Below are positions 16,142 through 31,100 of a DNA stretch of 64,000 nucleotides, piece by piece. Each line of letters starts with the position of its first letter. Within the stretch, counting starts at the first letter, position 1. Position numbers and translations under genes: made by a program. The notes below the pieces were generated by a model. It searched no databases. It was not told where the DNA came from and was given only the letters and a program-made list of their open reading frames with translations. Origin of the DNA: Malacoraja senta (taxonomy: Eukaryota); the NCBI GenBank assembly GCA_038087875.1, contig CM075999.1, forward strand, positions 4,032,001 to 4,096,000, given 5' to 3'.

Positions 16142-19100
16142 GTAAGTACGAGACCCATGTTACTTGTAACCACCATTGATAACTTCAGTGGAATTCATAT
16201 TGAGCTCCATGAAATCATCAGTGGGAAATTTTGTCAGCTGATGATGATGAAAATGTTTAACGATCTATTTCTAATGTAAAAAAAGCACAGAGTGCTGGGA
16301 GTAAACTCAGCGGGTCAGGCAGCATCTGTGGAGAACATGGATAGGTGACGTTTTACGGAGTGCTGAGAGTAACTCAGCGGGTCAGGCAGCATCTGTGGAG
16401 AACATGGATAGGTGACGTTTTGGGTAGAGACATTTCTTTAGACGTCATTATATATATGTGATAATTGTGAACAATTGCTGCCCATTTCGTCATTCTTGCA
16501 AAATTAATTCAGCCTATTGTGTTTTCAGAAATATTTAGTTTACTTTAGATATACAGCATGGAAAACAAGCTATTCGACCCACTGAGAGCACACCGACTAT
16601 CGTCCATATGCTAGTCCCATGTCGTATACACTAGGGGCAATTTACAGAAGCCAATTAACCTGCAAACCTGCATGTCTGGAATGTGGGAGGAAACCCACAC
16701 AGTCACAGGGGGAACGTGCAAACTCCACACAGACAGCATCCGTCAGGATCAAAGCTGGGTCTCTGGCTCTGTAAGGCAGCAACTCTACTGCTGTGCTGCC
16801 CATGATTCTTAGATTTATGACAGCACAATTGATTCTTTTAATCCAAGGATTTAAAAACTGAATTTATTAGTATTGTTATAACATAATGCACTGTTTAATG
16901 ATCGAGGAGAACTATCTGGTCTCTCAATTGATTAGCAAGTTTCTAATATGCAATTTGGTGGCAAATTTGCTGCAGTGCTGGAGAAATGTGGGCATAAGGC
17001 CAAAGGGATAATATCAGCAGACCATGATGGCTTCTTTGTTTTCTCTTATTGCACAGGTTGTGAATGCCTGGTATTCTTTGAATGGAGAGAGGCTTGGCAC
17101 TTACATTGGACACACAGGAGCGGTGTGGTGCGTCAATGTTGATTGTATCCTTAACAGCAGCGATGCCCTTGGTTATGGTTTGTCGTGGCTGTGACCAGCA
17201 CGGTGCTTGGATAAATACAGCACAGATAATACTTCAGTGGCTATGGGATATTTTGGGATGGTCTGAATATTTGAAATCCGGTGAAATCCATGGTTACAGG
17301 TGGCAATTTGGCCCATCGTGTGATGCCATTTATATATTTCATCATTTTCAGTGTGAATACTGTTCAAACTTAGGGTGTTGGAGGGAACCGAAGTTGTAAG
17401 ACTGAAAATTAAATGGTTCTTGTCAGAGGGAGAGTAGGTACTACCACAGGTGAGAGAATTGTCCATTTTCTTTCAATTTCACCACATCAGTAGAGTACAC
17501 CTTCCACCCTGTGTGTGTTTTGCCCAGTAATAGCACAGATGGAGTGTTGAATACTGTGCAACCTCTGAGTTTAGTTTTCGTTTCGTTTAGAGATACAGTG
17601 CGGAAACAGGCCCTTGTGCCCACCGAGTCTGCACTGACCAGTGATCCCCGCACATTAACATTATCCTGCACACACACACACACACACTAGGGACAATTTT
17701 TACATTTACCACGCCAATTTACCTAGCTGCATACCTGTACATCTTTGGAGTTGATGCAGGGACCCACGGTTTGTGGAATCCATTGTTCTGAGTACTGTCT
17801 ACACCAACATGATAGCATAGTTTGAATCTCATAAAGTGTCTTGGATTGCCATGAATACTCTATTTTTTCTCACCTCACTTAATCTCTCAGGTTTTGAACA
17901 GTCATAGTACAGATAGAACCTTGAAATGTTATACATGAAGGTCGAGAACCATGGCCAAATGTAATATTTGTAGATGCAGGGGAATCTACTCCGAAGTGGA
18001 TCAGACAATTTACTGTAACTGAAGGTCTAGTGGATTTGTACGTCTCTTTTAATGACAATCGGATAACATTGTTGAGGAAACCACAAATATAATGCTCCTT
18101 GGACATATTTTGCTTGTTCTGACACTGAGTGTAATGTGTGTGTGCGTTTGTCTGACTTTCAATTTCCTTCTAGATTATTCTTATTCTCCTTAATCTAATA
18201 ATCAGGGGATACAAAGCATGTGTTAGCTGGTTCTGCAGATAACTCGTGCAGACTCTGGGACTGTGAAACAGGTGAGATGTTGTTAGAGTTTCCTCTTGTT
18301 GTAAAGCAGTGGTGACATTGATGTTCAGCTGGTGACCCTAGCTTCCTTAAACAGCACCTCGAGCAGTCCCTGTATAATTGTTGTAAGCCTCCAGAATTGT
18401 TTAGTATTAAAGTAATGTTCATAAATTCTTTCGGTCTGAGTACAAAACACAAATTGGGATGTGATAATATTACCGTCCATTTGTTTCTTTGTCCCTTGTG
18501 TGATTGTATTTGTAGTGCTCTGTTGTTCCTAATTCACATTAGATTATTTTCATTATCAGGGAAGCAGATGGCGGTTTTTAAAACCAGCTCTGCCGTGCGA
18601 ACGGGTGGATTTGACTTCAGTGGCAACATCGTCATGTTTACAACGGACAAGCAAATGGGCTACAGTTGTTACGTCAGCTTCTTTTGACATCCGAGATCCT
18701 GCTCAAATCAGTAAGAATGATGCATTCCAACGGGAATGATAGAAATATCTTCCCTTCTGAGTGTATTCTTCCTTCAAAGATAGACACAAAATGCTGGAGG
18801 TAAGCGGGACAGGCAGCATCTCTGGAGAGAAGGAATGGGTGACGTTTTGGTTCGAGACCCTTCAGCATCTCTGGAAAACATAGAAAATAGGTGTGGGAGG
18901 AGGCCATTCGGCACTTCGAGCCAGCACGCGTCATTTATTGTGATCATGGCTGATCATCCACAATTTAGTAACCCCGTGCCTGCCTTCTCCCCATATCCCT
19001 TGACTCCGCTAGTCCCAAGAGCTCTATCTAACTCTCTTTTAAATTCATCCAGTGAGTTGGCCTCCACTGCCTTCGTGGCAGAGAATTCCACAAAATTCAC

Positions 19101-22100
19101 AACTCTCCGGGTGAGAACGTTTTTTTTCTCATCTCAATTTTAAATGGCCTCCCCTTTATTCTTAGACTGTGACCCCTGGTTCTGGACTCCCCCAACATTG
19201 GGACCATTTTTCCTGCATCTAGCTTGTCCAGTACTTTTTATAATTTATATGTTTCTATAAGAATCCCTCTCATCCCTTCTAAATTCCAGTGAATACAAGC
19301 CCAGTCTTTCCAATCTTTCCTCATATGACAGTCCGCCAATCCCAGGCATTAACCTCTTGATACGCTGCACTCCCTCAATAGCAAGGATATCCTTCCTCAA
19401 ATTAGGAGACCAAAACTGCGCACAATACTCCAGGTGTGGTCTCACCAGGGCCCTGTACAACTGCAGAAGGACCTTTTTACTCCTATACTCAAATTTCAGA
19501 CTGAGTCTGAAGGGTCTCAACCCGAAACGTCACTCATTCCTTGTCTTCAGAGGTCCTGCCTGTCCTGCTGAGTTACTCAGCATTTTGTGTCTATCTTCGG
19601 TTTACCAGCATCTGCCGTTCCTTTCCTACACATTGTGCTTGCTTCCAGGTATTGACAGAAGCTGGCTCTCTTTCAGATACCATAAACCGATTTGATTTAT
19701 GGTCTGAGTAAAATAAAAGGCCAGAAGGACATCATTTAATAACAATAAATTAATTTTAATCTGTGTAAAAAAAAATGGTGTTCAGTATCATAGTGAATGT
19801 GCGAGAGGATGTTTCCACTAGTGCGAGAGTCTAGGACCAGAGGCCATAGCCTTAGAATAAAGGAGGTACCTTTAGAAAGGAGATGAGAAGGAATTTCTTT
19901 AGTCAGAGGGTGGTGAATCTGGAACTCATTGCCACAGACGACTGTGGAGAGGCCGAGTCAATGGATAGATTCTTGATTAGTACAGGTGTCAGGGGTTATG
20001 GGAGAAGGCAGGAGGTTGAGAGGGAAAGATAGATCAGGCCATGATTGAATGGTGGAGTAGACGTGAACTAAATATCGAATTTGAAAGATATTTGGGCAGA
20101 TATATGGATGGGAAGGGTTTAGATGGCTGTTGGGCAAATGCAGGCAAGTGCGACCAGGGTAGAGGATTGTAAAACTAGAGGGCAGGAGAATGGGGTTGAG
20201 AAGGAGAGATAGATCACGGGGTAGACCTTGATTGGGCCAAATAGGCCTAATTCTGCTCCTAGAACGTATGAGCTATCAATACTTATGTGACTGTTTGTGT
20301 GAGCTTGCTCTGGGGATTGTGTGAACATTGATTATTCTGGCTGTGGCGTGTTCTGCTGAAACTGCTCTGCAGATGCAAAGCTCTGCCGTGATAACTTGAT
20401 TCAGAACTTTTATTTTCTTGATACTGTTCTCTTGATCTTTAGCTAATAATGAACCGTACATGAAGGTGTCAGTGAATGATTCTAAAATAACAAGCGCAGT
20501 TTGAGTGGACCACTTGGAGAATTTGTTATCGCGCAGGACTTGAGACTGGTGAATTGCTTCAGTTTAGCTCAAAGGTAAGAAAACTGTGATCACCAGCCTT
20601 GAGTGTCGTCAGCATACGAAATGCTGTTGCTTCCTCCCTGGTGCGGAAAGAACAAGATGCAACAGCGGTGGGATTGGACCTCCAGGCCCCCTCCAGCCTG
20701 CCCCCACCATTAAACACATCCCGCCCGGCTGGTCTGTGGCACAAGAGGCAAGAACGTTTCATTGTCCTATGTACCAACACGCAACAATGACATTCTTACA
20801 TGCAGCAGCACAATAGGTCTGTAAACACAGTACGAAGATAGTATAATAAACACATTTAAAACAATTAAATAAATAAAATATATAGTGCAAAAATTAAACA
20901 AAGGCCAAGTCCCTACAAACTAAGAACTAGAATCGTTGAGGTGCTACAGCATAGGAGGCCCTTTCAGACCACTACGTCAATGCTAGCCATCAGTGCCTAT
21001 CTCTCTGCTAATCCCACCTGCCTGAATAGATCTCCATATGTCTATTTCTTGCTCATTCCAGTGCTTGCACACATGCCTCTTCAATGTCAGTTCCTGTTAA
21101 ACCTCCTCAGTCTCACTTTTAAACTGTGCCCTCGAGTTTAGACATCCTACTCTGGGCTATCCACCCTTGCCATGCCTCTCCTGATGGGGGGATCTCTTAT
21201 AGAAACTTACAAGATTCTTAAGGGGTGTTGGACAGGCTAGAGTGCAGGAAGATTGTTCCTGATGTTGGGGAAGTCCAGAACAAGGGGTCACAGTTTAAAG
21301 GATAATGGAGTGAAATCTTTTAGGACCGAGATGAGGGAAAGCATTTTTCACACAGAGAGTGGTGAATCTATGGAATTCTCTGCCACAGAAGGTAGTGAGG
21401 CCAGTTCATTGGCTATATTTAAGGAGGGAGTTAGATGTGGCCCTTGTGGCTAAAGGGATCAGGGGGTATGGAGAGAGAGGCAGGTACAGGATACTGACTT
21501 GGATGATCAGCCATGATCATATTGATGGAGCTGTGCAGGCCTCGAAGGGCCGAATGGCCCTACTCCTGCACCTATTTTCTATGTTTCTATGTTACCTACC
21601 CCTATCCTGGCACCTCCTTTGGTCCCGGGAAGATAGACTGGAGCCCCCCCCCCCCGTCCAGGTAACCTCTGCACTCTGCAGCTTAATCACATCTCACCTG
21701 TCGTGTTGCAATCAGAACAGCACACAATACTCCATCTGTCGTGAACGTACACAGAATCCAGAAGATGGGAAACAAATATGATCAATAAGAAATCAAATGG
21801 CTGGTTTTTCGCAGGCAAGTAATAGTGAAAGGCCTGGATAGGGTGGATGTGGAGAGTCTAGGATCAGAGGCCATGGACTCAGAATAAAAGGACGTTCACT
21901 TAGGAAGGAGATGAGTAGGAATTTCTTTAGTCAGAGGGTGGTGAATCTGTGGAATTCTTTGCCACAGAAGGCTGTGGAGGCCAAGTCTGGATATTTGTAA
22001 GGCAGAGATGGATAGATTCTTGATTAGTATGGGTGTCAGAGGTTATGGGGAGAAGGCAGGAGAATGGGGTTAAGAAGGAAAGATAGATCAGCCATGATTG

Positions 22101-25100
22101 AATGGCGGAGTAGACTTGATGGGCCGAATGATGTAATTCTGCTCCTATCGCTTATGACCTAATGAAATGTAAACATCTATTGCAAGCACTGGGCACTAAA
22201 TGGATAATTATACTCAGCCAATGCTTCATGTTTATCATTGCAACTTCCACCAATTTGTATTCTGACTTTTCCTACCCTCTTGGACATGGTATTGTGGGGA
22301 AATGCACAGAAGCTTATTTTTACTGTATTATTCCAAGAAAGTGGAGAGAATAGACAGCTTGATGTTATAATTGAATGGATGGCTCAAGCCCAGTTTTATT
22401 GGTCTGATAATATAAAATAAATGTCTTTGATTTTTTTATTGGTAAAGCAGTCGTTTTATAGGGAATTTGAGCCAATATATTTGCTTTCCAGTTAAACGGG
22501 GTCAGTAAATAATCGAGCACAAACTATTAGTAGAACTCTAGTGACATTTAAATTGATAACTTGGTACAAGAAAGACAGTCGAGGGGTTGTGCAACAATAC
22601 ACACCTCCATCCATGAGAAAATGGCACTCATGGTAATTTTAACAATAAATGGATTATACTTTTCCAATTCTGTAGAATCTTATAAAATTGCGCTGTGTGC
22701 AAGAAATGTGTAGATATTCTTATCTGGTGCATTAATCTGCAACAGTGTTGGAACTGAAGGTCTTGTCTGCCTTAACTGACCCTTGGGTGCTTTTAAAATA
22801 TGATTAAGTTGCTCCCCATCTAGTAAAAGCATTTATTTAGTTTAGTTTAGAGATACAGCGCGGAAACAGGTCCTTCGGCCCACCAAGTCTGTATCGACCA
22901 GCGATCCCCGCACTATTAACGTTATCCTACACTAGAGACAATTTTTACACTTATACCAAGCCAATTGATGCACAAACCTGTACGTCTTTGGAGTGTGGGA
23001 GGAAACGGAAGTTCTTGGAGAAAACCCACGCAGGTCACATGAAGAATGTACAGACAGCACCCGTAGTCAGGAGTGAACTCTGGCGCCGTGAGGCAGCAAC
23101 ACAACCGCTGCGCAGCCGTGCTATCTATACAATGTCATGAGTTTAATACTCGGCTAAGAGGGATATTTCTGTTTCTTATTTATAAGATCGCAATGGGCCA
23201 TTTTTAGTTGAATCCAGCAATTTGAAAAATCATTATTCCCATCGGCAGATTTGCAGTCACCTTTCCTAAGTATTTTATTTAAATCTTTTTATTTGAATTT
23301 CACAGCAATTTGCATACATACTATGATAACAGACAGTGACAGTCAAGGCATAATTGTGCAACAGTATGTAAGCGACCCTCAAAGCCCTTACCCTTTACCC
23401 ACCTTCAACCCACCCGAATCAGGTCGGAACCAAACGGGGACAAACAACACTCACATACGTACACATCCACACAAATATGGTAAGATAAACGAAACAAAAA
23501 GGGGAGAGCAGCTGCTGTAGAGCAAAACAATGGTGGAGAGCACTCAGTCCTCTTCCGAGTGCGGGGACAAGTTGAGAGAGTTAACAAGTTCCAAGAAAGG
23601 GTTTCATGTATCTAGGAATGTCTTGGTAGAGCCTTTGAGAGAGAACCTACGTTTTTCAAGCTTTAAATTGTAAAGCACCTCCTTAATCCAACGGGCGTGT
23701 GTCGGGGGACAGGTGAGCCTCCAGTTAAGCAAGATCAGTCTCCGGGCTAACAAGGTTGTAAAAGCTAGGACCCGTTTCACCGCAACAGAGAGGTTGGTGT
23801 TGGGAGGGGTACCGAAAATGGCTGACATTGGGTTTGGAGGAATAGTCTGGCCGTAGGCTCTGCTTATCAAGTCGAAAGCACTCCTCCAAAAGGCTGCTAG
23901 CTTAGGGCAAGACCAAAACATATGGCTATGGTTGGCAGGGGATTGATTACATCTGTTGCAGGTGTCCCTAACAGCGGGGTAAATTCTAGATAATCTTGCA
24001 TTTGTGTAGTGGACTTTGTGAAGGACTTTGCATTGGATTAGGCCATGACGGGCACATATGGAGGAAGAATGGATCAAATCCAAGGCAGAGTCCCATTGCT
24101 GGTCTGTTAGTTTCGTATTCAGCTCACCCTCCCACGCAGCTTTTAATGAGGTATGAGGTTTCAATATAACCGACCCTAGCAAGTTATACAAAATAGAGAT
24201 GCATTTCTTCCGGTTGGGATCTAGAGTTAAGATGGTATCGGTCAGGGTTTCAGGGGGGCGATTTGGGAAATGGGGGAATGTCTTCTTCACAAAATCCCTA
24301 ATCTGGAAAAAACGAAAAAGGTGGGAGTTTGGGAGGCTGTAGTTGGACAAGAGCTCCGCAAAGGACGAAAAGATGCCATCCTTGTATAGGTTTTTGATAC
24401 TACTGATACCGTTGCTATGCCAGGTTTTGAATGCGTGGTCTGTACTTGAAGGTTTAAAGATGTGATTTTTAAGCAGTTGGGTCAAGATGGAAGGGCCTTG
24501 TAAACCGAAGTTTTTCCTGAGTTGACTCCATATCTTGAGCAAGAGGGACGCAATTGGGCCTGCACCCACAGATGTTATAGAAAGGGGGAGTTGGGAGCAT
24601 AGGACAGACCGCAACGGGAGACGTGAACTCGCCTTTTCCATGTGTACCCAGGTCGGTAGGTGCTCGCAATCATCATTCATCCAATACAGGAGTTTTTGCA
24701 AGTTAGCTGCCCAATAGTATCGCCTAAAGTCAGGAAGTGCCAAACCGCCGTCACTCTTAGGAGACTGCAGTATCGCCTTTCGGATTCTAGCCGGTTTGCT
24801 ACCCCATAAAAATTTAGATATTGTCCTTTCTAATTTATCAAAAAAAAAAATAGTGATAAGTATGGGGACGTGCTGGAAAAGATACAGGAATTTGGGTAGG
24901 ACGACCATCTTGACCAGATTTATCCGGCCCACGAGGGATAGCGGTAAAACTGACCAGTGGTCAAAATCTCTTTCGGCTTTCTCAACCAGAGGCAGAAAGT
25001 TTGTGCGGAACATATCAGATAAGGGTGTTGTGATAAAAACGCCGAGATAGCGAAACCCGTCCTCTGCCCATTTGAATGAGGTTAAAGAGCGAGGGAGCTG

Positions 25101-28100
25101 CTTAGCCAATGAGTTAATCGGTAATAGCTCACTCTTTTGGTAGTTAAGTTTATAACCAGAATACGCACCAAACCGTTCTAAAATATTCGTAATCACAGGG
25201 AGAGAACTGACTGGGTTCGAGATGTACAGGAGCAGGTCGTCCGCATACAATGAGACTTTATGAGTTGTGTCGAACCGTGTAATACCTTTAAAGCCCTTCT
25301 CTGCGCGTAACCAGACCGCCAGGGGTTCTATCGCGACAGCAAACAGGAGTGGTGATAACGGGCAACCCTGTCTGGTACCTCTCTGAAGGGGGAAGTGGGG
25401 CGACAGTGTGCCGTTTGTTTGTACTGAGGCCACCGGGGACGAGTATAATGACTGACCCAAAGAATAAAACTGTTACCGAGGCCAAACCTGTCCATCGCCT
25501 CATATAGGTACCTCCACTCGACCCTGTCGAAAGCTTTTTCGGCGTCGAGGGAGACCACTATCTCCGGGGTCTCACTACTCGGTGAATGGATGATGTTAAG
25601 GAGACGCCTAGTATTGTGGGAAGACTGTCGGCCTGGTATGAACCCTGTTTGATCTAACGAGATAATAGAGGGCATCACTCGTTGAAGACGGAGCGCAAGG
25701 GCTTTAGAGAGTGAAATTGGTCTATAGCTACTACAAAGCAGGGGATCATTCTCCTTTTTAAGAATTAGGGAGATAGTAGCCCACGACAAGGTGGGCGGTA
25801 GGCGACGATGTACAAACGCCTCATTGTACATATCTCTCAGGACTGGTGCGAGGAGAGCAGAGAAAGCTTTGTAATATTCTACAGTGAAGCAGTCAGGGCC
25901 GGGTGACTTTCCGCTTTGCAGCGATGTGATGGCTGCTTGGACCTCAGCAACAGTTATGGGACCACCCAAGTCTCTCGTGGCTTCATCGTCAATTCGGGGA
26001 AACGTCATACTACTGAGCATGTCACCTGCAGTGGGAGGACAGTCGGAAGCGTATAGTTCAGCGTAGAATTTAGCAAATGCTTCATTAACTCTAAGAGGAT
26101 CAGTATGAATCTCCCCTAAGCTGGATCTAATGGCTGGAATTAGCCGTGAAGTCGCCTCGGTTCTGGCCTGACCTTTCCTAAGTATTAAACTGTATTTTCA
26201 TAACTTCTTTTTGTTTGAAATACTTACATTGTAAAATGTAGTTAATATTTGGTCATCCTTTTCAATAGTAATTGGAGGGAACTATGTGAAATAAGTGTTC
26301 CTCATTGTCTCATGTTTAGCAGCTGAGGTTTTTGAGAGAGCTCGGCAATATTTTATAGTTTGACAGTATCACTAAATACCTAATTTCACAGTAGGAATTT
26401 GTATTTTTTATCAGAATTGATATTTCAATGTTAATGATTGGTGTATTGTTTTTAAACTTGTGACAGTCTGGGGAAGTAATCTCTAAAGTAAAGGAGCACA
26501 CCAAACAAATTAATGACATCCAGACATCCTTGGACCTAACCATGTTTATCACTGCTTCAAAGGATAATACTGCAAAGGTAAGCAATTTAACATCACCCCT
26601 TGAACCTCTTGGTCTAATGTAGGTTCAAGCAGACATTTAGCACTCGTTTCCAGGTGATGTGTGTGGGCATATCCACAAGTCAGTGCGGACACATTCAGTG
26701 AAGCTGCTTCACGCTGCCTCGGCCAAGCCAGCAGCATCTTCAAGGACCATTCTCACTCCCTCTTCTCCCCTCCACCGGGCAAGAGGTACAGAGGTGTGAA
26801 AACGCACACCTCCAAATTCAGAGAGTTTCTTCCCAGCTGTTATCAGGCACTGACTGGTTAGCAAATGGCAGAAAGCTTTTCACTGTACACGTGACAATAA
26901 ACTAAACTAAACATTAGAGATTTGTTTTGTTCTGTAACGTAAAGTTGTGGAGTTTTGTTTCAAGAATGTGATTAACTGTTAGTGATGCTCCATAGAGTTA
27001 ATGAAGGGCATCCACCTTCACCTCTTGTTCCCAGGGCTTGTGACTTGAGTAAACCTCGGCTGATCTGTTCACTGTTACCCTGTTGATGGCTGGGATAGGT
27101 TGTCAAGGTGTTGTTTGGTCAGCTTCAATGAAGAGAATGTCCTGGCCCATGGTCATGCATTGGCAGCCAGTGCTGGGGACTGCAGCCAGTGTGGCAGCTT
27201 GGATGTTATCAGAACCTGTGGCACTTGCTGTGTGCAGCTTACACTGCAGCTCATCACATTGGCATCACTCAGAGGGCAAAACCAAATAATTTGGTCTTTT
27301 GCACAAAGATGTGTTTAGTTTAAATATACAATGAATGAACAGGCCCTTCACACCACCAAGTCTGCATCGACCAGCGATCCCCACACACTAACGCTATCCT
27401 ACACATACCAGGGACAGTTTATGATTTTACCAAAGCCAATTAGCCTACAATCCTGTACATCTTTGGAGTGTGGGAGGAAACCGGAGCACCCGGAGAAAAC
27501 CCACGCAGCTCATGGGAAGAACATACAAAGTCCGTACAGACAACACCCGTAGTCAGGATAGAACCCGGGTGTGTGGTGCTGTGAGGCAGCAACTCTACCG
27601 CTGTGCCACCCTGTGTGGTTGAAGTAAAAGTGACTGTCTCTCTGTGTTTCTCAGACTTGCACGTTTTCTGTTACAGTTGTTTGATTCGGCGACTTTAAAT
27701 CACCTGAAGACATTCCGGACTGAGCGACCTGTGAACTCGGCTGCCATCTCTCCTAACGCGGAGCATGTAAGTTGCTCAGATTGCCTGCACGTATTGCCTG
27801 CGCACTGCTTCAATCCTTCCTGAGTAGGGAATGAGTGGGTTAACCTATGATGAGTGTTTGTCGGCACTGGGCCTGTACTCGCTGGAGTTTCGAAGAATGA
27901 GGGGGGACCTCATTGAAACGTACAGAGCAGTGAAAGGCTTGGATAGAGTGGATGTGGAGAGGATGTTTCCACTAGTGGGAGAGTCTAGGACTGGAGGTCA
28001 CAGCCTCAGAATTAAAGGACCTTCTTGTAGGAAGGAGATGAGGAGGAATTTCTTTAGTCAGAGGGTGGTGAATCTGTGGAATTCTTTGCCACAGAAGGCT

Positions 28101-31100
28101 GTGGAGGCCATGTCAGTGGATATATTTAAGGCAGAGATAGATAGATTCTTGATTAGTACGGGTGTCAGAGGTTATGGGGAGAGGCAGGAGAATGGGGTTA
28201 GGAGGGAGAGATAGATCAGCCATGAATGGGTGGAGTAGCATTGATGGGTCGAATGGCCTAATCCTATCACATGATCTTCCTGTGCTGTCTGGTTAATGTC
28301 CACGCGGGTGTTTTTGACAGGTTGTCCTGGGCGGTGGACAGGAGGCCATGGACGTAACGACCACCTCGACCAGAATCGGCAAGTTTGAGGCTCGGTACGT
28401 ATCAGACAATGAGCTGGAATTAAAGTAATGTACTGATGATCATGGCATTAGTTGCTTGTTTCCCTTTATTTGAACGATGTGACTGTGCCGGTGGCATCCT
28501 CCCACCAGTCATGGTCACGGTTTGATGGGATTCAGTGGCCCGTGTGTAACACGCTGTTTATATTGCTTATCGCTGCCCGTCCTTCACAGAGGCAGTTGTG
28601 AATTATTGTCAGCTTCATGTACAGGGGAATGCAGTGGACTGGAACCCGTGCTGCTCCACTAACCTGTTCCCATCACATCGTAAATTATGCCAATCCTTTC
28701 GTGTCTCTCGTAAAACACATTCTTTTAATATCTACATAGTCATAAATAATCTTGCGTAGGCAGGAACTGCAGATGCTGGATTAAACCGCAGATAGACACA
28801 AAAAGCTGGAGTAATTCAGCGGAACCGGCAGCATCTCTGGAGAGAAGGAACGGGTGACGTTTCGGGTCGAAACCCTTCTTCAGACCTTCTTCTGAAGAAG
28901 GGTCTCGTCCCGAAACGTCACCCATTCCTTCTCTCCAGAGATGCTGCCTATCCCGCTGAGTTACTCCAGCTTTTTGTGTCTATCTTCGTCATCAATAATC
29001 TTTATTGGTAAAGTTTTGAAACGGCCACTGGTTCAGCCCTATTGTTGGAAGAATTGAGACTGCAGCTTCTGTCAATTCCTGATGTTTCTCGTCGGGGTGG
29101 AGTGACTCTGTCTGTGGTGTGATGTCCAGCTGTCCCTATGGTCACCACACACACACTATACAGGCATTGGCAGATGGAGCTAGTGATCACCAGAGATGCA
29201 ATGCTGCACCCAATCTAATAGTAATTTGATCAGTCTGCCTCGGTTGGGGAAAAAGGAAAAGCTAGCAGTGAAAGGCTCTCAACAGAAGGCCCTGCTTTTG
29301 ATGATCAGTTACAGAGATGGGGGTACATTCGTACACCAGCCTCGTTATATTGTAATGACTTTACATAGGCGCTGACTTTAACATCGTGGAGTCTCTCGCC
29401 GAGGGTCGCCAGCGTTGAATCTCCGCCCAGCTCGGCCTGTGGACATCGGGAGCCGGTAAGAAGTGGCCGATTCGGAATTCCAAGCCGCTGAGAGTATTCT
29501 CCGTTCCGACACTGGAGCTCCGATCATCCCGGCGAGAGGGCCTGAAGGCCCTGACCACGGGTGGACAAAGAGGATGAGGACTGACTTTGGTGCCTTCCCT
29601 CACAGTGGGAAACATTGATTCTGCTGTGTGGGGATGGTCATGTTAAATTCTATCGTGTGTTGTGTTCGTTTTTATTCCTATGGCAGTATGGTAATTCAAA
29701 TCTCACTGGACCAATTGGTGCATGTGATAATAAATATCTCTTGAACTCTTCATGGAGACTAACGCTCACTAATGCTCACTAACATTATTTCTGATTAAAT
29801 AACACGTTGCTTCTTTCTTTAGATTTTTCCACCTGTCTTTTGAAGAGGAGTTTGGTCGAGTGAAGGGGCACTTTGGCCCCATCAACAGCTTGCTTTACCA
29901 TCCTGATGGGAAGAGGTATGTAGGCAGAATAACAAAACAATCATACAACCCCAAACTACCGCAAGAAAATCTTTCCATTCCGCTGTTCAGAGCCTCTTAA
30001 TGTTCATCAAGGAGACTTGGTTTTAGGTGTGTTTGGGCTTGTGTTTCTGGCTTGCTGGGTGTTTTTCACCCAGAGAATTGTGAATCTGTGGAATTCTCTG
30101 CAACAGAAGGCAGTGGAGGCCAATCCACTGGATGTTTTCAAGAGAGTTAGATTTAGGGCTAACAGAATCAAGGGATATGGGGAGAAAGCAGGAACGGGGT
30201 ACTGATTCTGGATGATCAGCCACGATCATATTGAATGGCGGTGCTGGCTCGATGGGCCGAATGGCCTACTCCTGCGGCTATTTTCCTACGTTTCTATGGC
30301 TGAGGATATCTAGCAAACTGCAGACTGTTTGAACCTGGCTGCCCAGTGCCCGGGACTGGTTCACACCTTCGTACTGAGCGGAGTTTGTGAACCTATGGCA
30401 GGTCTGACTGGTACAAGTTCCGTGGACTGACCTCCCAGCAATAGTGCTGGAAAACTGCAGGGCAAATGCTCCAAACTGTGGCAAATGCCACATAATGAAG
30501 GCCAATTAACCTTGGGAGGGTCTAGGATTGTCACCTGGTTGTCCCTGTACAAAACATGGTGTGCATGGCAGAGGGGAACAGACTGTGGGTTTACCTAAAC
30601 TACCTCAGCTTCCCAAATGAACTCTGGAAAGCTGTGGTAAAGTGCAGGCAGGGACTTGAGCAGCATGTGTCACCGTACCCAGTGTCCCCATCCACAAACT
30701 GGGGTGGGCAGCATGTGTCACCGTGCCCAGTGTCCCCATCCACAAACTGGGGTGGGCAGCATGTGTCACCGTACCCAGTGTCCCCATCCACAAACTGGGG
30801 TGGGCAGCATGTGTCACCGTACCCAGTGTCCCCATCCACAAACTGGGGTGGGCAGCATGTGTCACCGTGCCCAGTGTCCCCATCCACAAACTGGGGTGGG
30901 CAGCATGTGTCCTCATCCACAGGCAGGGGCTAGTTTGCAACGATTCCAAGCCTAGGTTAATGTGACTTTTTCTTTTCCTTGATCATCGTCCTCTTTGATC
31001 TGTGTATTCACACCTTACCCTTCTATACCTCTAGTCACCCTCTCCCCTGACTCTCAGTCTGAAGAAGGGTCTCAATCCGAAACGTCACCCATTCCTTCTC

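Noticed and set aside
30556..30965. ORFs with 16-aa repeats
   Set aside because: 48-bp intronic minisatellite in the last EIF3I intron.
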